Source of the DNA: Myxococcales bacterium
GTDB lineage: Bacteria > Myxococcota_A > UBA9042 > JABWCM01 > BTVJ01
DNA: 64,000 nucleotides
Assembly: GCA_045863395.1 (NCBI GenBank)
Contig: BTVJ01000032.1
Coordinates: 18,159-82,158, forward strand
Direction: 5' to 3'
A program made the position numbers and the translations under genes. The notes under the pieces are model-generated. The model had not been told where the DNA came from. It was given only the letters and a program-made list of their open reading frames with translations, and made no database searches. Positions 45,601 to 53,683 of the stretch are shown piece by piece (position 1 is the stretch's first letter; each line of letters opens with the position of its first letter).

Positions 45601-45935
45601 CACTCGCTGGGCGCGAGGCCGAGCGCCGCCTGGGCGGCGACGACGCATTGACCGCGGGCGCCCGCAGCGACCTGGAGCAAGCGACCCGCCTCGCGGCGGC
45701 GGCCGTCGGGGAGTGGGGCTTCGACGAGGCGGTGGGCCCCCTGTTCGCGCCGGCCCTCGGAGACCCGGCCCTGGTGCGACGCCGCGCCCGCGTGTGGCTC
45801 GCAGAGGCAGCCCAGGCGGCGAAGGCGCTCCTCGACGAGCGCCAGGACCTCGTCGCGGCGCTTGCCGAGGCGCTGCTCGAGCGCGAGTCCCTGGACGGGG
45901 CGGCGGTGGCGGAGGTAGCGGCGGAGGTGCGGTAG
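42687..45935 (+). CDS. Multidomain AAA+ unfoldase-protease fusion: Clp-N-like domain, ClpB/ClpA D2-type AAA+ module, CheY-like receiver (REC), FtsH-type AAA module and M41 zinc peptidase (1082 aa)
   Basis: GTG at 42687 with GAGGAG 6 nt upstream. [14 protein letters not shown]...[51 protein letters not shown] and [10 protein letters not shown] match ClpB D2. [52 protein letters not shown] is REC. [70 protein letters not shown] is the FtsH AAA module. [16 protein letters not shown] is the M41 HExxH motif. Confidence 0.8.
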   Translation: [1082 protein letters not shown]

Positions 45936-46107
45936 CCGCCGCCTGCGGCGGGTCGACGGGTGAGTCCTGGCCCGTGGCGCGACGCTGGGCGCGACCCTCG
46001 GCGGCCACCTTGGTTCTTGCGGCCGCCTCGACGCGGAGCACTCCGTCCATGTCCGCGTGGCAGCCCCACTCCATGCGCCGCGGGACCTCGGGCGCGGAGG
46101 ACCAGGC

Positions 46108-47451
46108 TCAGAGTGGCACCGAGAGGGGCTCGCCGCCCGGTGTCGAGCCGAGGCGTCCGGGCGCGAAGAGGCGCAGGACGGCTTGCGCGTCGGGCGCCTG
46201 GTCGCCGAGCCGCGACCGCAGCCGCGTCGCGCAGGCTCCCGCGAGCGACGCGATCAGCGCCTCGTCGCCCGCCTCCAGGGCACGCGGCGAGAACCAGGCG
46301 GCCTCGTCGAGCAGCGCGAGGGTCGCCTCCCGGGCGCTGGTGTCCTCGCCAGGGCTGGCGTGCAGCAGCTCAGTGCGCAGGGCCGCGACGTCTCCGCCGG
46401 CAGCGCGCACCTCGCCGCGGACGGACAACAGCCGCGCCACCTGGGACGCGCCGCAGGGCAGCCCCAGCGCGGCGAGGGTGAGCGCGGCGACGGTGAGGGG
46501 GAACCGCTCCGGGGCCGGGCCGTCGGGCACGCACCAGGCGCCCTTGGGCTTGATCCGCAGGTCGTTCGCCTCCTCGTCGCGGACCACCTCGCACAAGCGC
46601 GGCACCGACAGGGGGATGGCCTTGAACCCCTTGGACTTGGCGAACCCGTGGTCCGCTGGCATGAACGCCGGCTCCAGGAGCCGTATCGCTGCCCCGATCT
46701 TCGCGAGGCGCGGCGTCGGGTCTCCGGCCAGCACAAGAGCCTCGATGGCCCACCGCATCAGGCGCACCGCGTCGCCGGGGGTGCGATCCTCACTCGCGGG
46801 GGCACTCGGGGCCGTGACATCCGCGGCCGCGGGCGCCCGATCCCGCTGCGGAGCCGCAGCCACCGGGTCGGCCTCGGCCACGGGCGCCGGCACCGCGGGC
46901 TCCGTCTTCGCCCGCACGGGCCGCTCCGCCAGCGACTCGGGCAGCACGTGCAGCGTGTCGCACCACACCCGCACGTTGCTCGCGACCGTCCCCTTGCGGG
47001 CGACCACCTCGACGCGGCGGCCGTGCTCCCGCAGCTTCTCCATGAGCGGAGTGAAGTCGCTGTCGCCCGTGACCAGCACAAAGGTGTGCAAGTGGGGCCG
47101 CGTGAGGAGCAGCTCCATGGCGTCCACGCACATGCGCATGTCCGCCACCTTGCGGCCCGCGCCGCCCCACGCCGTGGCGTCGACCATCCCGATGCCACGA
47201 CGCGCCAGGGTACGCCGCGCCTCCTGGAATCGCCCCCAGTCCGCGTAGGCCCGCATGACGCCGGCGCGAAGCCAGCGCACCAGGTGGTCGAGCAGCTCGG
47301 CCCCACCCCACCGGGCATCGGGCACCAGGTTCTCGTAGTCGATGAGCAGGGCCGTCCCGGCCAGCTCGCGCTGGACCTCGCCCGCTCCCTCGTCCGCCCC
47401 CCTCACCCCCTCGATGACGCTCAGCCTGTCTCCCTCACCGCGCTCTCGCAT
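46108..47451 (-). CDS. NYN (LabA-like) ribonuclease-domain protein with C-terminal extension (447 aa)
   Basis: ATG at 47451 with GGAGG upstream. ALLIDYENLV...VDAMELLL...TFVLVTGDSDFTPLMEKLREHGRRVEVV is the NYN/PIN-like acidic-residue pattern. Confidence 0.72.
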   Translation of the reverse strand: MRERGEGDRLSVIEGVRGADEGAGEVQRELAGTALLIDYENLVPDARWGGAELLDHLVRWLRAGVMRAYADWGRFQEARRTLARRGIGMVDATAWGGAGRKVADMRMCVDAMELLLTRPHLHTFVLVTGDSDFTPLMEKLREHGRRVEVVARKGTVASNVRVWCDTLHVLPESLAERPVRAKTEPAVPAPVAEADPVAAAPQRDRAPAAADVTAPSAPASEDRTPGDAVRLMRWAIEALVLAGDPTPRLAKIGAAIRLLEPAFMPADHGFAKSKGFKAIPLSVPRLCEVVRDEEANDLRIKPKGAWCVPDGPAPERFPLTVAALTLAALGLPCGASQVARLLSVRGEVRAAGGDVAALRTELLHASPGEDTSAREATLALLDEAAWFSPRALEAGDEALIASLAGACATRLRSRLGDQAPDAQAVLRLFAPGRLGSTPGGEPLSVPL

Positions 47452-47582
47452 GGCCGTCCTCCGGGTTGGTGTCGTGAACACCCCCAGAGAGGCGCAAGCG
47501 GAGTCGATCTGACACGGACGGAGAAGGCTCCCAGCAGGATCGTTCCGAGGATGGACGCCGCGATGGCGCCGGGGGCTGCCAG

Positions 47583-49796
47583 TCACCCCTTGCGGCGCAG
47601 CAGGGCGAAGGCGGCGATCAGCACGAGGACGCTGCCCCAGAGCGCCGGGAGCACCCCCTTGTCGGTGAGGTCCTCCATGGTGCGGGCGCCCCAGGGCAGG
47701 GCGAGCACCACCTGGATGACCCCCGCCAGGCCGATGACGAAGAAGAGCAGCTCCGCGCGGCGGTCCATGAGGGTCTCGGCGAGCTGATCCAGGCGGTCGA
47801 GGGAGTCCTGGAGCGCGGCACGGTGGGCGTCGATGCCCATGGAGCCAGCGAGGCGCTCTCGGGCCTGGCGCGCCAAGGGGGAGCCTGCGGCCTCGTGCCT
47901 CAGGTGCCGGGCGAGGAAGCGCAGGTACGCGCGGCGCACGCGCTCGACCCGCGCCAGGGACGGGCGACGGCGCGGCGCCCAGCGGCGTCCCTCCCGGGGC
48001 GCGTCGAAGACCTCCGCCACCTGCCGGTCGAAGTGGGCCAGGGTCTCGTTCAGGAGCGCGCTGTAGGTGAACGCGCCCTCAAGGTCCTGCGCCGGGGTCT
48101 CCGCCAAGTACACCACGGTGCGGCCCTCCACCTGGAGGGGAGCGTCGCCCGCGACGGGATTCACACCGCCGCCGAGGCGCTCCAGGACGGCCCGGGCAGG
48201 CGTGTCTCCGGGCGTGACGCGCACCAGCAGGTAGCGGTTGCCCTCGGCGCGCAGTGTGTTCAGCCACCCGGCCACATCGTCCAGGCAGACGCCCTCGCCC
48301 GTGAAGCGACGGCGCCGGACGCACGGAAGCGGAGCCGCCCCCGGACCGCCGAGGAGCGAGGCGCCAGCGTTGCCCGAAGGAAAGCCCAGCGCCAGCGCCT
48401 GGTCCACCTCCGCCACACCGGACGGCCGCGCCAGAGGCGGACCCGCCAGGACCTCCGCCGCGTGAATCTCATAGGCGGCCGCGACGGCGTGGGTCTGGTG
48501 GAGCGGCTGCGGGCAGGGCTCCAGGTGCTCGAGCAGGATGACCTCCAGGGAGGGGAGGCGCGCCTTCCAGAAGGGCCCGGTGCCGATGGCGCAGATCGCC
48601 TCGTAGGTCAACACCGTCCCGTCCCGCGGAGAGTCGACGATGGTGTGGCCGTGTCCGCGCCCGTCGTACCAGGGGTCGGAGCAGGTGCAGTCCGGGTCGG
48701 CGAAGCGGGGCGTCCGCGGGCGGGTGTCGCCGTCCTTCTGCGCTGCGCGGGCGGCGACCTCCGCCTCTTCGAGGGCCCGGCCGAGGCCCGTCAGGAGAGG
48801 GGCGCGGCCGTCGGCCCTCCAGCCTGGATCGAGGGACAGGACCACCCGGGGGAAGCGGGGCTCGCCGTCGACCAGAGTCGCGATGCGTGAGCCGCACTCC
48901 GCGTAGGGCCAGATCAGATACGGGATGCCGCTCCCCCGCACCCAGTACTTGGACAGCTTGGAGACCGGCGGCGCTCCCAGGACGAGGCCCGGCACACCCT
49001 CGATGACGCCGGACGCCGACGGCAGGGAGACCATGATCCGCCGCGCATGGGGGAGATCCGCGCTGAGGAACGTCGGGAGGTCCGCATCCAGGATCGGCGC
49101 AATCTCTGCTCCGACCCCGTCTCGCCGCCAGGCCGAGACGCCCGGCTCGCCAGGGAGCAGGTCTGCCATGGCATGGATCGGGCGACTTCCGGCGGTCACC
49201 CGCGCCTCCGCGACCCTGCACATTGCCGTGGCCAGGAGCTCGATACCCGTCCGCATCTGCCAGGCGTCGTCCCGCTCCGGGTGCTCCTTGTCACGCAGGG
49301 TGTCGAGGGCAAGAAACGCCATGTGGACCGCATGGGTAGCGGTCTCCATGTGGTCTGTCTCGACGCGGTAGCGGCCAGCGTCCACCAGCGTCGAGTAGGC
49401 GACCAGGGCCGCTGCGTAGGGGGGCAGATCGCCGTCCTCCACGAGGCGTATTGCCAGGTGGGCAGACACCACGCCGTCGAAGTCAGGGAATTGGTGCGTG
49501 ACGATGGCCGGGGACCACGGCGTCCCGGCCAGCGCCTGCCCGTCCCGGGCCCTGCGGTTCCAGTCGGACATGAGGTGGTCGTAGACGTACTCGGGCCACC
49601 GCAGCACCAGCTCGGACGTCGAGGCGCCGAGGGCGTCGCCCTGGTGCTGGTCGAGGATGCCGGGGCCCAGGTGGTTTCCCACGTCCAGGATCACGGCGTC
49701 GGAGATGGGCTGCAGGGGTGTTCCGTGGTCGACGAAGCTGAAGCGCCAGTCCGTGACGAGGCCCAGGTCTCGCGCGCCCGTGCGTAGCTTCCCCAT
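47583..49796 (-). CDS. Hypothetical protein with possible DHH-phosphoesterase-like motif and C-terminal TM helices (737 aa)
   Basis: ATG at 49796 with GAGGAG upstream, 9 bp after the kinase stop. IVTHQFPDFDGVVSAHLA resembles DHH motif I (HxxPDxDGxxS); the other DHH motifs are not clear. C-terminal hydrophobic helices LLFFVIGLAGVIQVVLALPW and VLPALWGSVLVLIAAFALL. Confidence 0.5.
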   Translation of the reverse strand: MGKLRTGARDLGLVTDWRFSFVDHGTPLQPISDAVILDVGNHLGPGILDQHQGDALGASTSELVLRWPEYVYDHLMSDWNRRARDGQALAGTPWSPAIVTHQFPDFDGVVSAHLAIRLVEDGDLPPYAAALVAYSTLVDAGRYRVETDHMETATHAVHMAFLALDTLRDKEHPERDDAWQMRTGIELLATAMCRVAEARVTAGSRPIHAMADLLPGEPGVSAWRRDGVGAEIAPILDADLPTFLSADLPHARRIMVSLPSASGVIEGVPGLVLGAPPVSKLSKYWVRGSGIPYLIWPYAECGSRIATLVDGEPRFPRVVLSLDPGWRADGRAPLLTGLGRALEEAEVAARAAQKDGDTRPRTPRFADPDCTCSDPWYDGRGHGHTIVDSPRDGTVLTYEAICAIGTGPFWKARLPSLEVILLEHLEPCPQPLHQTHAVAAAYEIHAAEVLAGPPLARPSGVAEVDQALALGFPSGNAGASLLGGPGAAPLPCVRRRRFTGEGVCLDDVAGWLNTLRAEGNRYLLVRVTPGDTPARAVLERLGGGVNPVAGDAPLQVEGRTVVYLAETPAQDLEGAFTYSALLNETLAHFDRQVAEVFDAPREGRRWAPRRRPSLARVERVRRAYLRFLARHLRHEAAGSPLARQARERLAGSMGIDAHRAALQDSLDRLDQLAETLMDRRAELLFFVIGLAGVIQVVLALPWGARTMEDLTDKGVLPALWGSVLVLIAAFALLRRKG

Positions 49797-49805
49797 GGCG
49801 TCTCC

Positions 49806-51326
49806 TCAGGCTCCCGGCGGGAGCGTCCTGCACACCCGGAACGTGATCTCGGGGTGACGGGTGTCCGGCGGCACCGCATAGCGCCAGGCGATCCGGGCCA
49901 TATCGCCCGACCCGCCGCGCACGACCCGGAGCGTGCCCGCCTCCGGCCCCGCGGGGTCCGCCCCCCCGCCGTAGGGAGCGTACCAGTCCCAGCACCACTG
50001 CCAGACCGCGCCGAGCATGTCCACAAGAGCGCCGCTTCTGCAAGCCCGCTCCCACTCCGCCTCGGTGGGCAGGCGGAGGCCCGTGGAGGCGCGGTCCCAC
50101 AGCAGGCGCCCCTGCTCCACGCGGTAGGCGGGCGGCAGGCTCCATGCGCCGGAGAGGGCGTTGCAGAAGGCCGCCGCCTCGAACCACGTGCGGGCCGTGG
50201 CGGGGCGGTCCGGCGCGGTGGGGCGCCGGAGCACGTCCGCGATGAGGGCCTCCGTGACCGGCGCAGCCAAGAGCGCGATGGGGCGGGTGAGGGTCACCGC
50301 GACGGGTCCCTCGTCGGGCAGGCGGCCGGGCTCGTCGAGGGGGGAGCCGAGGGTGAAGTGGCCCGGCTCGACCCGGACCAGCACCATGGGGGGGCGCCGA
50401 GAGGACGCCCCGGTCACGGAGTGCGCTGCATCAGAGCGTCCGCCGTGGTGCGCTGCCGCCGGTGCGAGCGCGGGCTGGGCGGGCAACGCCGTGGGAGTGA
50501 CCATCGGCGCCGGCGCAGCGCCTGGCTGCGCGGCCGGCGCAGCGCCTGGCTGCACAGCCGGCGCAGCCGCGAGCGCCTCGCGCCGCGCGGCCTCCGCACG
50601 CTGCCGCTCTGCGGCCTCGCAGAGCTCCCGTAGTCGGGCCTCCGCCTCGGCGGCGCTCGGGCGCCGCGCTGGGTCCGGGTCCCCCATGGCCCGCAGGAGC
50701 GTGGCCACCCGGCCCCGGCGCAGCCCCTCGCCGGGCCGCTTCGGCGGAGAGCCCCGCAGCAGGCAGTGGATCACCGCCGCGGCGCCGTACACGTCGGCGC
50801 GGTCGGTGACGGCCGCGGGATCCTCCTGCTCGGGGGCGGAGTAGCCGCGGCTGCCGAGGCGCTCCAGGGGGCCGGTGAGGGTGCTCCCAGGCAGGCGCAG
50901 GACCCCGAAGTCGGAGAGGAGCACCCGGTCGTCGTCGCCGAGCAGCAGGTTGGCGGGCTTCACGTCCCGGTGGACGAGCCCCCGGGCGTGGACGTGGGCG
51001 AGGGCAGAGAGCAGCTCCGCGCCCCAGCGGAGCGCCCGCGGCTCGTCGATGGGCCCCTCGGCCAGGGCGTCCTCCAGGCTCCCGCGCCGCAACACGGGCA
51101 TGCGGACGAAGGGGCTCCCGTCGTCGAGGACTCCATGCTGGAGGAGCGGCACCACGTGGGGGTGGTAGAGGGACTCGAGGGCCGCCGCCTCCCGCCGGAA
51201 CCGCTCCCGCAACGCCTCGTCGGCGGCAAGGGGGGCGCGCATCACCTTGACGGCCCACTCCCCGTCGTCGGAGTCCCGCACGAGGAGCACCGCCCCCATG
51301 GCGCCGTCGCCGAGGCGACCGACCAC
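49806..51326 (-). CDS. Hanks-type Ser/Thr protein kinase fused to C-terminal FGE-sulfatase domain (506 aa from GTG; N-terminus uncertain)
   Basis: GRLGDGAMGAV (Gly loop), AVKVM, HRDVKPANLL, SDFG and YSAPE. C-terminal RLPTEAEWERACRSG...GAVWQWCWD is an FGE domain. The frame is open for a further 81 codons upstream (to a stop at 51570-51572) with kinase-like sequence (DGGRLRVVGRLG) but no ATG/GTG/TTG. Confidence 0.75.
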   Translation of the reverse strand: MVGRLGDGAMGAVLLVRDSDDGEWAVKVMRAPLAADEALRERFRREAAALESLYHPHVVPLLQHGVLDDGSPFVRMPVLRRGSLEDALAEGPIDEPRALRWGAELLSALAHVHARGLVHRDVKPANLLLGDDDRVLLSDFGVLRLPGSTLTGPLERLGSRGYSAPEQEDPAAVTDRADVYGAAAVIHCLLRGSPPKRPGEGLRRGRVATLLRAMGDPDPARRPSAAEAEARLRELCEAAERQRAEAARREALAAAPAVQPGAAPAAQPGAAPAPMVTPTALPAQPALAPAAAHHGGRSDAAHSVTGASSRRPPMVLVRVEPGHFTLGSPLDEPGRLPDEGPVAVTLTRPIALLAAPVTEALIADVLRRPTAPDRPATARTWFEAAAFCNALSGAWSLPPAYRVEQGRLLWDRASTGLRLPTEAEWERACRSGALVDMLGAVWQWCWDWYAPYGGGADPAGPEAGTLRVVRGGSGDMARIAWRYAVPPDTRHPEITFRVCRTLPPGA

Positions 51327-51873
51327 GCGGAGGCGCCCGCCGTCCAGGGAGGACCCGGGCGGGTGCGGATCGAGCGGCAGCGCCAGCGGGCTGCGAGCGT
51401 GGCCGTGGGTCAGGGCGAGGGCGCGGCGGCCGGGGGCGAGGGCCCCCGAGAGCGTCGCAGCGGGGCCCGCCCGCTCGGCCTCATCGGTGCAGACCAGGGC
51501 GTCGCCTCGAAGCGACGAGGGTGTCCACCACGCGGGAGGCGGGGCTGTGCGGGTCGCGGGCGGGGTGGGTCATCGGCGGCTCCCGGGTGGATGGGCCGGA
51601 GCAGTGGCCCGCTCCGTGGCTGTCGAGGTGTCCGTGCTCCCGTGGATCATCGCAGATCTCCCGTCCTCTCGGGGTCACCTTCGCAGCCTGGCTCGTGCCC
51701 CCCACCCAGTCAGAATCTCGCGTGATCGGGGCTTCGCCCCGAGCCCCACCAGGGGCCGCTGACGCGCCCCCTGGACCCCACGGGGGGCGGCTCCGTCGTG
51801 AGATCGCGCCGGCGTCGCGGTCGCTGGCGCTCCGAGGTGAGTCGCGGAGAACCCAGGTCAAGGGCCCAAGGGT

Positions 51874-52662
51874 TCAAGAGCCAAGGGTTCGCCTCGCGCC
51901 TACGGCGCGAGCCTGGAGAGGCGGATGCCGAGGCCGTCGTTGCGGTTGACCGGCTACCAGACACCCCACCAGCAGCTCCTGCCACGAGCCGCTCACCCCC
52001 TCGGGCACAACCACCGGCTTCGCGACGTGCCCCATCATGATCTGCTTGTCCGTGCCCTCGAAGGGGAGCCGACCCGTCAGCAGCTCGTAGGCCGCCACCG
52101 CCAGGCCGTAGACGTCCGACGGCGGGCCCACCTGGCCGTCGAACATCTCCGGCGCCGCGTACGCCATCGACCCCTGCCCCGAGTGCCGCGACAGGCTGTG
52201 CTCCGTCGCCTTCGCCAGCCCCACGTCACCCACCACCACGCGCCCCTCCACGAACAGCAGGTTCGCCGGCTTCACGTCCCGGTGCACCACCCGCTGCCCG
52301 TGCAGATACGCCAGGCCCTCCGCCGCCTCGCGCACCACCCGCGCCACCTCCGGCCCGGGCACCCCGCCCTGATAGGTGCGCAGCAGGTCCGCCGCGCTGC
52401 CACCCTCCGCCAGGTCCGTCACCAGGTACAGCCGGCCGTCGTCGTCGAAGGCGTCCCGGAAGCGGAGGACGTGCGGGTGAGACAGCCGCGCCAGGAGCCG
52501 GATCTCCCGCAGATCGGCGCCGGCCCGCAGCCCCTTCACCGCCACGTCTGCCACCGCTTCGCCGGCCACGAGCTGCTCCGCCCGCCACACCTCGCCGAAA
52601 CCACCCTCCCCGAGTCGCTCCACGAGCCGATACCGCCCGCCCACCACGTCCGTCGCCCGCAT
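51874..52662 (-). CDS. Compact Hanks-type Ser/Thr protein kinase (262 aa)
   Basis: ATG at 52662 with AGAGGAG upstream. GRYRLVERLGEGGFGEVW, VAVKG, HRDVKPANLL, GDVGLA (DFG replaced by DVG) and YAAPE. Confidence 0.78.
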   Translation of the reverse strand: MRATDVVGGRYRLVERLGEGGFGEVWRAEQLVAGEAVADVAVKGLRAGADLREIRLLARLSHPHVLRFRDAFDDDGRLYLVTDLAEGGSAADLLRTYQGGVPGPEVARVVREAAEGLAYLHGQRVVHRDVKPANLLFVEGRVVVGDVGLAKATEHSLSRHSGQGSMAYAAPEMFDGQVGPPSDVYGLAVAAYELLTGRLPFEGTDKQIMMGHVAKPVVVPEGVSGSWQELLVGCLVAGQPQRRPRHPPLQARAVGARRTLGS

Positions 52663-52747
52663 TCCGTCTCCTCTGGTTACCGCCCCGAGGTGCTCTACCT
52701 CACGCTGCCTTGGTCCAGGACTCCGCCCGCCGGGATCCCACGAGCCA

Positions 52748-53569
52748 TCAGCCCGAGGGCTCGACGACTGCCGGCGCCCTCCTGCGGGGGCTCCGCCGCT
52801 CCCCAGGTCTTCGCCGCGCCGCCCCGGCAACCGCCACCGCCACGCTCACGTTGTCGCGGCCCCCGGCCCCCAGCGCCGCGTCCACCAGGCGGCGCGCCCG
52901 CTCCGCCGCCGCCCCGTCCGCACACGCCAGCTCCGCGATCCGGGCGTCGCCGAGCTCGCCCGTGAGGCCGTCAGAGCACAGGAGCACCACGTCGCCCAGC
53001 TCCACCTCGAAGGATGCGCCCTCCCCCTCCTCGGGCGACAGCTCCACCGACTCCCATGCCTTGGCCCCCAACGACGACGTGAGCTGACCCGCCATGGGGT
53101 GCGACGCCGCCGCCTCCGGTGCGAGCTGACCGAGCTCCACCAGCACCTGGGTCACCGAGTGGTCCCGGGAGCGCAGCAGCACCGCACCACCCCGGAGCCA
53201 ATAGAGCGGACTGTCCCCCGCGTGGAGCCAGGTGACACGCCTCCTGTCCAGGAGCGCCGCCACCGCCGTGGTGCCCATGCCGCGCAGGTCGGGCTCCTGG
53301 CGCGCCCGCTCCACGACCGCATCGTGGCCCCGCCGCAGCGCCTCGTGGAGCGCCGCCCGCGGGTCCCCCTCGGCGGCTCCGAGGGCCGGCAGCGCGGCCT
53401 CCACCACCAGCGCCGAGGCCACGTCCCCTCCCGCGTGGCGCGCCATGCCGTCGGCGAGCACCAGCGCCGCGCCGCCCGGGCGCGGCAGCCACCCCACCGC
53501 GTCCTCGTTGCGCGGGCGCACCCTCCCGGGGTCCGTCTGACATGCCACGTCCCACAGGATGTCCGCCAT
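52748..53569 (-). CDS. PP2C-family Ser/Thr phosphatase (273 aa)
   Basis: ATG at 53569 with AGGGAGG upstream. RPRNEDAV, LADGMARHAGG, DSPLYWLRGG and GGRDNVSVAVA motifs. Confidence 0.78.
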   Translation of the reverse strand: MADILWDVACQTDPGRVRPRNEDAVGWLPRPGGAALVLADGMARHAGGDVASALVVEAALPALGAAEGDPRAALHEALRRGHDAVVERARQEPDLRGMGTTAVAALLDRRRVTWLHAGDSPLYWLRGGAVLLRSRDHSVTQVLVELGQLAPEAAASHPMAGQLTSSLGAKAWESVELSPEEGEGASFEVELGDVVLLCSDGLTGELGDARIAELACADGAAAERARRLVDAALGAGGRDNVSVAVAVAGAARRRPGERRSPRRRAPAVVEPSG

Positions 53570-53683
53570 GCTCGCCTCCCTGCACCCGGCCTTCCGGGGC
53601 GCCTTGCCCCACCAATTCAATGGGCCCCGCCCTCCGGGGGGCGACGTGCCCCACGCGCCAAAACGCCGCTAGCGTACCCGCCA

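Noticed and set aside
43556-45680. 640-aa plus, 485-aa plus and 445-aa minus ORFs
   Set aside because: All overlap the AAA+ fusion gene, whose frame carries unambiguous ClpB/FtsH signatures.
45936-45951. Short GC hairpin (CCGCCG-CCTG-CGGCGG) right after the TAG of the AAA+ fusion gene, in the convergent gap with the NYN gene
   Set aside because: Only a 6-bp stem and no U-tract, so not a convincing intrinsic terminator. Possibly a Rho-dependent termination region.
51893-51911. GC hairpin ctcgcgcc-tacg-gcgcgag
   Set aside because: Lies inside the C-terminal coding region of the 51874..52662 kinase, so it is not a terminator; noted only as RNA structure.
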